Positions 50,136 to 62,240 of a stretch of DNA of 64,000 nt are shown here, piece by piece (the first letter of the stretch is position 1; the number at the start of each line of letters is the position of its first letter). Origin of the DNA: Vicugna vicugna (lineage: Eukaryota); contig MU058384.1 in NCBI GenBank assembly GCA_013265495.1, positions 5,452,792 to 5,516,791 on the forward strand, given 5' to 3'. Under the pieces are notes generated by a model. That model was given only the letters and a program-made list of their open reading frames with translations. It did no database searches and was not told the DNA's origin. The position numbers and the translations under genes were made by a program.

Positions 50136-51301
50136 ATAAACTCAAGGAGATCCAGGAAAATAGGAGTGTTGTAACCTAGTAACATACTCAGGCTTCTGTC
50201 CTGCTAAATATGGTTTTGTGGAGTGGTAGCATGTGGGGAAATCTCACCTGTCAGGAAGGCAGAGCAGAGTCTAGGGAGCTGGTGTTCACAGGGGTGGCGC
50301 CCGGGCACCAAGCCATTCACAATTGTCAGAGCATTAGCCCAGTTTATGTTGGCTCCGCATGTGGCCTGATTCCACTCATTGTCTTGGCTCTCTATGGTGG
50401 TAACTTGGATCATGGAACTGCCCTGGGAAAAGAAATAATAGGTTATCCAGACCAGGCTCTGTGAAGGTCTCAGGAAACATTAGCCAGTGTTTCCATCACT
50501 TCTCTTTGAAAGGCCTTTCTATACTTACCTTTTCTGTCTCAGGAAGACAGTTCCATTGCACCCTAATCTAAATTTGGGTTTCCTAATTTCATTGCATATC
50601 TTATGAAAATAGTTTGGACAATGCAAATCATCATCCTCTTCGCTAACGTTTCAAGGAGGCAAAGAATGTTAAATGACTTTTCTAACCAGAGCTGAAGCTG
50701 GAACTGAATGCACGCCCTCAAGCTTTTCCCTTGGTAAACTCGGAGACGTGGAGCAGAGGGGTTGCCCTTGCTCCTTGCTCAAGCAGACTAATCTGAATAA
50801 TCACTACTTCTGGAGCCTTCCTTCAGCTCTGACCCCAGAAATACCTTTTAATAGACCATATTTTCTACTTTTCATAGCCATAAAGGACACATTGGAGATG
50901 AAAAAATGTCTAGCTGTCCTGGGATCGGGAAGCACATGCACTTGGGGCCACATAAAAATGCCATGGACTCAAACTGTCCAGCAGAGAGAGACAGGACAGC
51001 CGCCCACATCCCTTCCTCTCCATGTGCCAGTGGTTCGAGGGGAACCGTGAGTGATGTACCTATGTTCCCTGGGCAAATCTGCAGGCAATCAGTTTAGGTG
51101 ATTTGAGTGGAACAGGCAGAGAAGCCAAGAATATTATTTTTATGGATGTTCCCTCAGGATGTATGACAAGAGGAATGGAGGTTCTTCCCTGAGCAATTGC
51201 TTATAAGACCAAGAGAAAAAGAAGGAAGGGCAATGAAAATATACAAGTAACTCAGGTATATAAGGTCCCTCTGCCTCCCAGCCAACACGTCCTCTAACTC
51301 C

Positions 51302-51470
51302 TTTTGCTGCTGAAAGTGTGGTCTGCAGACCTGCAGCAACAGCACCACCAGGGAGTCTGTTAGAAGTGCAGAGTCTTAGATCCTACTGCAAATCTGCTAG
51401 CTTGGAATCTGCATTTTAAGAAGATCCCCAGATGATCTGAATACACATGAAATTTCCAGAAGCGCTGCTC
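51302..51470. mobile_element. MER5A-like hAT MITE
   Basis: aaagtgtggtc...cagcaacagcaccaccagggag...gttagaagtgcagagtct...aatctgcattttaagaagatccccagatgat. Confidence 0.85.
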
Positions 51471-53179
51471 TAACCTGCAGATGTAGGCAGAATAATCTCT
51501 CACTCTCACCTGAGTGCTCTCTTTTTTTAGCCACTCTTCTGTACTTCAGACACCTCCCGGGCTTGGAGTCTTTATACACTCAATGGGTGCAAGTCCCTGC
51601 ATGGGACCCTCTGAACCGATGGGAAGGGATAAACCCTCCATTCCGTTGCCATCCTGTCCACTCCTGGCCCAAAGCAGAAACATCAGATGTCTAAATAAAG
51701 CAAATATCTTTATTTTAAAAATCAAAGACAATTCTAGAAGCATTCCTAAAATGGGAGAGAGTTGAAACTCTCACCTTCTTGAACTGCATGCACCCTTCTC
51801 AAGACCCCTCCTCCATAATTCCATCCAAGTTCCAGGACATCTGGGTGAAGGGCTCCCCTTACTTACTCCCCACACTGTCCTCCCTACATCCTTGCAATGA
51901 GCCACGTTGGTGACATTCTTTCTAACACTGTGTATTTCAGCTGACCTGTGAGTGCTGCGGGTGACTCAAGGTCCCCTTGTTGGTGTTGGAGGTGAAACAT
52001 CCTGATCCGATTTGCATCTCCACTTTCCACCAAAGTGAGCTGCAAACAGATGGGTCCTCTAACTAGGGGACTTATTGAAACAGCCCATCATGGAGGAAGC
52101 AGTTCAGTGTAATGAATAAGAGCACAGTGTGGAGCTAGACGCCCTGTGTTCCAACCCTTGCTCTAATTAGAACAGCACCTGGTAAGCATTGGATAAGTAC
52201 CTGCTACCATTACGTGGGTGCAAATAATTTCTAGAATTATTCAGAATGCTCTTGCTTTGTGAAGGTAAAGAACAGTTTGTCATGATTAGCTTAGAGCCTG
52301 ACACAGATTTACAGGCAGGAAAAGTAATATTTATGCTTAAGAGTGCCAAGACCATTTGTGCTGAGCAGGAAGAGAAGTCATGTTCTTGGTGCTTCTTCCT
52401 CAACCTCAATCTCCTGACATCCCGCATCTGAGCATCTTGAATTGCTCAGGAAATTGGCACTGCTTTCCCAGTGTTTCAATTCTCCCTGTTACTTCACTTG
52501 ACTCTCACAGTGCTCTTTTCCTTGCAAGTGTTTGTCAGGTGGGGCATTGTTGTTCCCTTCTTTAAAATTATGGTGGAATAGAGGAGTTAGCATGAAATGA
52601 TTTCCATATAATTTGTAACTATAAGGATAGAACTACGGACTCAAGCGAGTGATATACAGTTAGGCAGAGAATTTCAGCATCAACATTTCTCTTTTTGATG
52701 ATATGCTAATTGCAATAGAAGGACTTAGAATAGCTCTCAGTAAATCTGGATCATTGAGAACAGTACTCCTTGAGTGACTAGATGTTCTGTGTGGTGAGTC
52801 AGTCCTGGGGTGGCTTCCTGCACCATGTATCTGCTAGTGTGGTTTTAGGAATCATTGCCAGGGTGGTTAGTTTGGTCCCACTATTAATAAGATGTGAATC
52901 CTAATTCGAAATGTGCCAAAACTTACAAAAAGGAGGGGGATTTTTATCACCATACTAGGTGGAATTTTTGTATAGCTTTAGACAATTTCTAGATTTTCTA
53001 TGAAACTTATAAAGTTATTTTTTTATTTTTATAAGTGGTAGGGTAATGCAGCGCTATCTAAAGAAATAGAGAAAAAGATTGTTTGCATGATATAATTAGG
53101 ACAATTTTAATTAGAAGAAGCTTTAAAGATCATCTATTGCAACATTTCATAAAATGCTGGCATCCATTCAAGGGTATTC

Positions 53180-53485
53180 TTCATGGAGATTATTCTGATA
53201 AAGCAGGGAAACATAGTCTCAGGAGCCAAATGGATTGGCTCTTAAATGCCAGTTACATCTCTTTCTGGCTGATATTTGACGTAGGTCGAGTTTTTTTATT
53301 TCTTTTTATTTATTTATTTTTTCAAGTTGACTGATTTCTATTAGCCTCAGTTTTCTCATCCACATAACAGTACATAAAACCTACCCTAGAGGTGTTGGTA
53401 AGGATTAAATGAGATTATTATTATTATACATATAACCCTTAGCACTATGCTTTGTGTGCCATGGTAAATGGTACCCAATAAAAGT
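53180..53485 (+). mobile_element. MIR SINE
   Basis: agcctcagttttctcatc...ggattaaatgaga...cttagcac...ccaataaaagtt. Confidence 0.75.
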
Positions 53486-53719
53486 TAATAAAGGCAAAAC
53501 CATACCCTCATACTTCTGTGAGGCTTTTCTCTTGTCCGCCTATTTTGAGGAGTTGTCATTAGGAATAGATACATAATATTTAATGTACCTCACACATGGG
53601 TGGATGCTTCATAAATTACAGGGGTTACTATTATTTCTTCCAGATGATCATTCTACAGCATCCATTCATTCATCAAACATTATTACCGTGTGCCACTGGT
53701 GTGAGGAAACCCAATAAAT

Positions 53720-54160
53720 AATACACTGATGTTTCCTGTTTAAGTCTGGAGGCAATTGGTTTGAAGTGATTTGAGTGTGACAGGCAGAGAAAGGCCAGAG
53801 GTTTGGGGCAAAGTGACAAGTAGATGACAGTGCCATTGACTGAGGTAGGGCAGAACCAGGGCAGCAATAAGACTTTGGGATACAGGATGATGAAGGGGAA
53901 ATCTCTTTTTCACATGTTAAGATTGAGATGCTCATGATTCATTCATGTGAAACATCATAGAGGTGGCTGAATATACAAGGCTAGAGAGGACACTTGGCTG
54001 GAGAAAATAATGGGTTCATTATCACACATTTATGGCACTGAAAACAATGGAACTGGATGAGGTGCTGAAAAAAAAGTGTGTAGAAAGAAAAGAGAGCCCC
54101 AAACTGAAATCTGAGGAACCCCAACATTTAGAACTCAGTGGAGGACAAGTAGCTCAGGAA
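53720..54160 (-). mobile_element. L2 fragment
   Basis: gatgacagtgccattgactgag...catgttaagattgagatgc...tggaactggatgag...ctgaggaaccccaacattta. Confidence 0.75.
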
Positions 54161-54490
54161 GCCAGTGTCATTGTTGGATGGCTTAAATGGTTAGGATGTT
54201 TCATTTTGAACCTGCCTTTGGAATTTCAAAATGTTGGCCTTTTTAAAGCAACGTAGAGCAAGTCTGTTCCTGCAAGTAGATGAAGAAGGCTCCTGCATGT
54301 CTTCTGTTGGACTTTTCTCTTTTAGCCTAAAAATACCCACGTGTTTTGGAGTATAACTCAGAAGCAGACATCACCCAAACCCTACCCTCTCAGCTAGACC
54401 AGCCAGCCACCTGCAGGACTCCCAAGCAAATACAAAGTGAGATGGAGTAAAAGGAAACCAGATGAATTACTTTCAAAATCTACTGCTGTG

Positions 54491-55175
54491 CACTATGGAG
54501 AACAGTATGGAGGTTCCATAAAAAACTAAAAATAGAGATACCATATGATCCAGCAATCCCACTCCTGGGCATATATCCAGAGAAACTCTAATTCAAAAAG
54601 ATACATGTACCTCCATGTTCATAGCAGCACTATTTACAATAGCCAAGACATGGAAGCAAACTAAATGCCCATCAACAGATTATTGGGTAAGTATGTGGTA
54701 TATATACACAATAGAATATTACTCAGCCATAGAAAAGAATGAAAAAATGCCATTTGCAGCAACATAGGTGAACCTAGAGATGATCATATTAAGTGAAGTA
54801 GGTCAGACAGAGAAAGACAAATATTATATGATAACACTTATATGTGGAAACTTAAAAAATGATATAAATGACATTATTTACAAAACAAAAATAGACCCAC
54901 AGACATAGAAAACAAACTTACGATTACCGGTGGGGAAGGGATAATTTAGGAGTTTGAGATTGACATATACAAACTGTATATACAGAATAAACAACAAGGA
55001 CCTACTGTATAGCACAGGGAACTATATTCAATATCTTGTATTAACATATAGTGGAAAAGAATCTGAAAAAGAATCTATGTATCTATGTATCTATCTATAA
55101 CTGAATCATTTTGCTGTATACCTGAAACTAACAGCATTGTAAATTAGCTATACTTCAATTTAAAAAATGGTTAAT
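54491..55175 (+). mobile_element. Relatively young 5'-truncated L1 (ORF2 C-terminus plus 3' UTR)
   Basis: Reads LWRTVWRFHKKLKIEIPYDPAIPLLGIYPEK. 16-bp TSD aaaatctactgctgtg (54475-54490) / aaaatccactgctgtg (55176-55191). Confidence 0.95.
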
Positions 55176-56909
55176 AAAATCCACTGCTGTGGTCTTAAGG
55201 AATCATGACTGTGGCTCTACCTAATAGAGCCGTTGGATAAAGCATGGAAATAATCTTTTAGAAAAAAAAAAAACCATAAGGCTAAGAGGGCAGATTCTAT
55301 AGTCAGCTGTGCTTCCAGCAGCCTTAGAAACATGGAATGAGAAGGCATGCTCTGGCAATATAAAAACAAGTACAAACCAGTTGGACTTCTGCTGCAATTA
55401 AGACTGACTGTTCACGTTTCTTCCTTGAGTTCATGACACCAGCTAACTCATGTCTTTGCCTGGTAATGATTTCCGTGTCACAACTCTGATTTAGTGTATT
55501 GGCTCCTCAGCTGTGTGCTCTTATATTCAGACATCCATTAATTGACCTTGACATCACCTCCACTGTTCATTTTGGAAACATTTACCTACTACTTCTTCAG
55601 TGCTTCAGACCCTAGGTTTTGGTCTTGCTGTATCTTGATCTATCCAGAGAAAGTCATATGCAAAAACAGGTACTGCAGGTAAAAACTCCAACCATTAGGC
55701 AAAGGTCAGATTTTCTTCTTGTGCTCTGTATAGGACCGGAGATTTTCTGATATCTTAATTCTAACTGTAATTTATAATATGATATAGCATGTGTGTTGTA
55801 TTTCACTAGTAATAGTTGTACTAAATTATATAAAAACTAACTTGAAACTACCACGCATTTACAAATTCTAGCTAAGTTGAAACATACATATCTCTTATCC
55901 TTTATACATTTCAGAAAGAAATTGTGTCCATCTCAATGATTATCATAACTACTTGCAACAGAGAGCAAACCACAACTTAAAAACACACCACCATGGGCAC
56001 AAGTTGTAACAGCAATGAAAGATTGCCTGTAATTACAATTACAATTACCTAAAGAATGCAAGTAATTAAAAAGAATTTTTGTTCTCCAAGTTTTATTCCA
56101 CCGTTTATTCCCTAGAATGGCTTGGCAGTTGTGACTTCACAACTGGCCTGAGATTGGTTCATTAAACTCTAATCTGATTAGGACTTTTGGTTTCTTTGTT
56201 CTCTGTGTCCTCAGGTGGCGATTTTGGCTGAACATTAGACATGTTTGCCTCATGTACAGAAACATGATTTTGCCTGTGTATTACATAATAGGAAAAACAA
56301 TTCTCAGGCCTTAATTCTCAAAAGGCAACTCTAGTTAAGAGATCCACTTCTGTCCAAATAATCTTCAACCTATGGATTTCACTTGAATGCATCTGTAGCA
56401 AAGCACTGTATGTGCATTTGTGTCTGGAGAGTCAGGTGTGTGTGTGATTTCCCAGAGCCATTACCAGTTCAATGTAAGTCGTTCTTTGAAAATGATTTTA
56501 AAACGTTCCTAAATGTTATTTTTCCGAAGAAACTAAAGGTTGATTTAATGTAATTTGGATTCAGATAGCAAGATGGGTGAAAAACACAGTAAAGATGGTC
56601 ACTGGTCAGGAAAGGACAGTGTAACCTAAGGTCAGTTAGATAAGAAGAATCACCAAACCATCTGGAAAAGGCTTTAAATTAGATATGAAATACAATTAGG
56701 ACCCAACAAAATCTTCAATATTGAAAACAGGGCTGAGCCATCTTGCTGTGTTGATGGGCAGAAAAGATTGAGGGGAACAATGACCAGTAACTAAAGTCTA
56801 TCACAAGAGTCACTCCTGGATTGCCCTATAGGCATAAATGAATGAACATCAGAAATTTTCCACTTTCATGAATTCACTCAGAATTTTAATCAAGAAATCA
56901 TCTAGAGCA

Positions 56910-57043
56910 GGGGAAGGGTAGAGCTCAGCAGTAGAGCACGTGCTTCGCATGCACAAGGTCCTGGTTTCAATCCCCAGTACCTCCATCAGAATAAATAAAC
57001 CTAATTAACCCCCGCAAAAATAAGTAAAATATTTTTTAAAAAA
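56910..57043 (+). mobile_element. tRNA-Ala-derived SINE (vic-1 type), long form
   Basis: tRNA-Ala-like head plus aataaataaacctaattaaccccc extension. Flanks aagaaatc(atc)taga. Confidence 0.9.
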
Positions 57044-60000
57044 AGAAATCTAGAAAAGAAAATTTATTCTGCTATCAGCTGACATATATTTCAAAAAAGT
57101 AAAATTGTATTTCTGTTTCATGATTAATAGTTTAGGGGGTCTAAAAAGTCTTATTCTGGCTCTGGCAACAATTCAGGTGACTATGGAATAAAACTGAAGA
57201 CAGATATCAGGGCAGGTCCCCAGACTTCAGTATGTTTTGCATGAGACGTGGGTCTGTGTAGAGGAGGGTAGGCTTAAGCCTCTGGAAAGTTCTAGAATGG
57301 TGGCTTCTGAAGGTGTGTGCACTCTCAGGTTTAGTCTTCATGTACCTTTCCTGACAGCATGTCACCACCTGGACTTGCAGCCTTCAGCTCCTGGAGCAGC
57401 AGCTGACTTAACGGAGGTGTGGGCTACATTAGGAGGGAGTCTAACTGGAATTGGTTTTGCACCGTTGAAGGTGTTTGGTTCCTTTCCTAGAAACTGAATC
57501 CAAACTGTCTGCCAGACTGGCTGTCAGCTTGTGAATGATGGGGCAGCATCGTATTTTCAAAATAGGCATGATGACAGAGTCTCAAATGTGATCTATGGGA
57601 GATCTCCTCGAGTCTGTAATGACACCATAATGAACTGTCCTCAGCTGGAAGGAGCCAATAAGTTTTACTTTAAAATCTACAGAAACACACCTGTGTTTCC
57701 CATCACTGTAATATGACTCCAAGTTCTAAGTTTGCAATACAGTGAAGGAAGCAGAAAATCCATCTCTCTCTTAAGCTTCGGACCACAGGGGACTTGAAGA
57801 CAGATCAAAGAAACCCTTCCAGTCTCTCTATTTTTTAGTTTTTGATGCTTAACATGCACTCCGAACATTAACAAGCTTAGTTCCATGAGGCACCTTCTGG
57901 GCCAAAAGATAAGACTTTCTTTCCCCCAAATCACATTTTCTCAAATATTTTTCAAAGCTAAGGTATAAGCCTTTTAATAGAATTATGCAAATTTTGCTTT
58001 AACTCTATAAACGTTTTCAGAACTAAATACCTCTTTGAAGAGTCACGGTATTTGCAGTGTCCACATGAGGAAAGAAAAGCCAGGAATAGCAGGCAACGAG
58101 GGAGACAATGATGACACCCTAAACTCAGGTTTTATTTATCCCCAAAGTTATTTTGTGCAAACTCAAAGTAACCTCTGCTTCCGAAAGGTCAAACTCACTG
58201 GGATGAAAATGCTGACCGATCCTTAAGGGATTATCTTCTTGGCAGGGCAGAAGCCCAGCTCGAATGCACCTCCCTCCTGATCTGAGCTGTCTGGATGATG
58301 GAATAAAAACATCTAAGCCCAAGTCAGGGTCGGAACACAAGGGCACTTGCATCACTCCCAAAACTGAGATGCAAAAGTACCTCTGAAGAAAAGCCATGGC
58401 TGGGTGGGAAAGAATGTTCTATTTGCTAGTTTCTCTCTTAAAATCATGGAAAACATTTTTTTTGACATGAGACTCAGGAAAAGATGACTGGAAACGATTT
58501 CTTCCGGGGTGACACGTGCTTAGCATTTCAGACTGGGTAAGACTCCTTGTTTAACAGGAGATTAGTAGATTTCGTGCTGAAGCTACATTGCGGGAGGCAC
58601 ACCAACTGTTCCGATTCTGCAATTCTTTGGCCTCTTGCACGCCGGTTAAACAAAATCATGTACTTGAAATTGCCACAGACACAGGGGCACCATCTCATCA
58701 CTAAAAGTGACTCGTTAGAATGAAATGCTGATGAAAACAGTGATTGGGGGTGGGGAGGGGGAATTCAGGTAACATTGCAAAAAGAAAGCAGTGTTTCTGT
58801 TTAAAGCAGTCTCCTCTGCTCAACACCTGAAAGTTGCAGATTTGAGGCCCCTGGGCACTGCTCCAAAGCAGCGGAGCACTCCTGCTGCCCTCTGAGCCAG
58901 CCCTTTCCACCAGCCGTTCCCTCTGTGGAGTGAAGACCTTTTTCTCTCTAAAAGCAGTGCTGGAAGGAGAAGTGTTTGGCAAGGCAGCCTCAGGACAAAG
59001 GAAGGGCATGATAGAAGCACACGGGACCTTGGCCAAGTTATGATTTTGACCCCCATTCAGCTTTTTGAGGGTCACTAGCTAAGGATGACATTGATGGCCA
59101 GCGCGTCATTTCCTCATAATGAAGTCTGAGCTGAAAGTCTGACTCCAGTCAACTTTCAAAAATTCACTCTCACATGTTAAAACACACTCAAGGATGACAA
59201 ATCCCCAACACTCCATCCCATTCTCTCTCCCAGAGTCACGCCTGCTTGTCAGGGTGACATGCCCTTAGAACAACTCTGTGCCTGCAGCTGGGAGGTGAGT
59301 CGCTTGCCCAGAGGCTATTTGCTGCCATCCATCTAGGCAATGTGCTCTCTCAGCTAGCATCTCCGCCAAGGAATTTAAGTCGGGAACACCAGCAGTTTCA
59401 ACCACATGATCTGGATTTCAAAACCAAGTCCCTGTGCTTTTAGTCCATTTGAGTGTCCCCAGCCATGATGGGTTTTACTGTCACCTCCTGGCTGCGGTGT
59501 GACTTCTCTTGTAGGTTGCTTGATATTTATCTGGCTTTAAAACTGACATCTCTAGGTCAGCAGAAGTGAAGGAGTTTCTTTCTTGACTTGTCCTTGTTCA
59601 TGTTCATTTATGATTGGAAGCCACCCTCTACACAGCATCTCTACCATTTGCACCGTGTTTGCTTCTGGGATTTCTTCTAATAGCGCCGTTCAGTGGAATA
59701 ATGTTAATTTATGAAAATGGAATCAGTTTTTACAGTTTAGCATGAAGCAGGTGGTGCTCTTTTATTAAAAATTGCTGACGGCTGCAATTTGTAGGTAATT
59801 AGTTAATCCATGTGAGATTTAACCTTAACATGTACTTTCCCCCAGAGAACATTTTTCTGTAGGCAGAGAGACAAAAATGAAAAATTAAATCAAAACAAAA
59901 CACACCTACCAAACTAATTCTGATCAGAACAGAAACATCCTCTCTGCTGCATCTGATAAATCAGACTTTGGTCTGAAATGTTAGGTTATTAAAAGAGGGG

Positions 60001-60584
60001 GTATTAATGGTGGGTTTTTTTGTTTGGTGGGGTTATTCCCCCCCCTAAAATAACAGGGACTTCACAGGCACTGATAATACCACATAATCTTTTCCAAGAA
60101 GTTTCAGCAATAAGGTATCCAGATGGGGACTTACTAGAACTTTAAATATGAACAGTACAGCAAAGAGAAGAAGGCTGTTGTTTGGGCTGGTGCATGTGGG
60201 TATTCGTTTATAGTCTTGAAGCTAACTGAATGCCCACAGACTGTGCCCTGAGTCCAGGGAAAGGCTCTGATGCTCCACCAGGTTCAGACTGGTTCAGGTG
60301 CCTGAGTTAGAAGTGCTGAAAGGGAACAGAAAACAGATCTGATTGGCTGCTGTTCTGAGCATCATTACACAGGGCACAGTTGTGAAAGAAGGTCAGGAAC
60401 GACAAGGAGACCGGATTGTGCCTCAGGGAGGAAAAAAAGAGATCAATCAGAACTATATTGACTATACTGTAACGTGGCCGTAAATGTGTGTGATTAAATG
60501 AACTGTTTTCTAGTTTTAGTTTCCAGAATTTAAAAATTCAGCATAGTAGACTCAGACTAAACCATTTTCCACTGTTCTTATCAT

Positions 60585-60704
60585 CTTTTGGTGGGGAGTA
60601 GGTAATTAGGTTTATTTATTTTTTTAATCGAGGTGCTGGATTGAACCCAGGATTTTGTGCATGCTAAACATGCAATCTACCACTGAGCTATACCCTCCTC
60701 CCCA
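60585..60704 (-). mobile_element. tRNA-Ala-derived SINE (vic-1 type), long form
   Basis: ggtaattaggtttatttat...ttgaacccagga...catgctaaacatg...ccactgagctataccc. Flanks ttatcatctt / ttatcacctt. Confidence 0.9.
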
Positions 60705-60760
60705 TTTTTATCACCTTCTAATGTGCCCTGTGATGTTAGAAATGTTAGATATTAGCTTTT

Positions 60761-60897
60761 CTTTTTTGGAGGGGGTGGGGAGTAATTAGTTTTATTTATT
60801 TGTTTTAATTTTTTTTTAATGGAGGTACTGGGGATTGAACCCAGGACCTCGTGCATGCTAAGCATGTGCTCTGCCACTGAGCTCTACCCTCCCTCCA
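60761..60897 (-). mobile_element. tRNA-Ala-derived SINE (vic-1 type), long form
   Basis: tggaggtactggggattgaacccaggacctcgtgcatgctaagc. TSD atattagctttt at 60749-60760 and 60898-60909. Confidence 0.95.
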
Positions 60898-60914
60898 ATA
60901 TTAGCTTTTTCTTT

Positions 60915-61040
60915 TTCTCCCTCCCATGCTAGAATATAAGTGTTAGGAACCTGTTTATTTTACTTACTCCTCTAGCCCTAGATCTGCCCCAGTGCCAGAC
61001 ACATAGCTGTTGCTCAATAAATGTGTGTTGAATAAATACT
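60915..61040 (+). mobile_element. L2 3' end
   Basis: ctagaatataag...cagtgccagacacatagctgttgctcaataaatgtgtgttgaataaat. Confidence 0.8.
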
Positions 61041-61599
61041 GATTCATCTCTATTAGTTTTATGTTCCAGGAAGCTGACCGATGATATGTCTATAGTTTCT
61101 AAGAAAAACATTACATTATTTTATACTCACTGAACACGAAAGGCAAAAATCCTTACTTTTTCATTTCAACATACAGTACAGACTGCTAACATCTGGAGAA
61201 TTTTAATATTCTTGCTTGAAATGAGTTGAGGTCTCCTCTTAATGTGGAGAGTTACTGGTTGGTTACCAATTTAACTGCTTATGAGATTGTTTATCTCTTG
61301 AATGGAGGCCAGAAATAACACTAGAATAGAATACTCTTTCCAAAGTTCTTTTATGAATGCCCCATCCAACTAAAGAAAGCTGAGAAAACATGACTTCAAA
61401 GTGCTTTCGAGAAAGTGATGTCAAATTTTGCACACTAATGGAGTGCTGCTTTTATTTCACACAGGCCCACGTAACTGTTTTTAATAAAATATTGACTGAG
61501 AAATTTTGTTACTCCTAGAAAGAAATGAAGAACAAATGTTCTCTTACAACTTGGAAACTTTGATAAGTTTTGGGTTCTTAGACTAATGGGCCTGTCTCC

Positions 61600-61750
61600 G
61601 CTGGCATGCTTTTGAAAAAGAGCAGATTTCTGGGCCCCACCCTGAAACTTCTGATTCAGCAAGTAAAAGTTGGGTGCAGAAATTACAAATGTTTATAATC
61701 ATGCCATGTAATTTATAAGCAAGCTGTCTGCAGACTTCACTTTGAGAAAA
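61600..61750. mobile_element. MER5-like hAT MITE
   Basis: gcagatttctgggccccacc...ttctgattcagca...cactttgagaa. Confidence 0.75.
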
Positions 61751-62049
61751 ATAAAGATTAAAAACACCCTAATTGGTAGAAGAGCCTATAAGATCTTGAT
61801 TCCCGTTGACCTAAAGTCTCGTTGGATTGCCATTTAGGTATTTGGTTGCCAGACCAATACCTGTATGTTTTGATTATAAGAAAAGTAAGATGGCCAAGAG
61901 TGTATTAGGACATGCTTATCCAATTCTAAAAATGTTGATCATTTCTGTTCTTCAGTAGACTGAAGGTTTTGTTTTGGCTGATGCAACAAATGTTGGCAGA
62001 CGTCAAATCAGGGGGAAAAAAATCAATAAAAATATTGATTCTTCATTTG

Positions 62050-62240
62050 GCAACCCACAGACTATTTTCTCACATGTTGTCGAATTTGATTCTTATAGTA
62101 ACTCCGTAAGGGAGTCTGGGCAGGTGTGTGTTAATCTAATTTTGCATATGAGCAAACTAAGGACCAAAGAAGTTCTCACTCTCCTGATGAAAAATAGAAG
62201 TAAACAGCAGAGTGGCCATTCCTCCAGGGACTGCGTCTGC
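62050..62240 (-). mobile_element. MIR SINE
   Basis: atttgattcttatagtaactccgtaagg...attttgcatatgagcaaactaagg. Confidence 0.6.

Noticed and set aside
50297..50306. Retroviral tRNA-Lys primer-binding site (tggcgcccg)
   Set aside because: Only 9 nt match and no adjacent LTR end.
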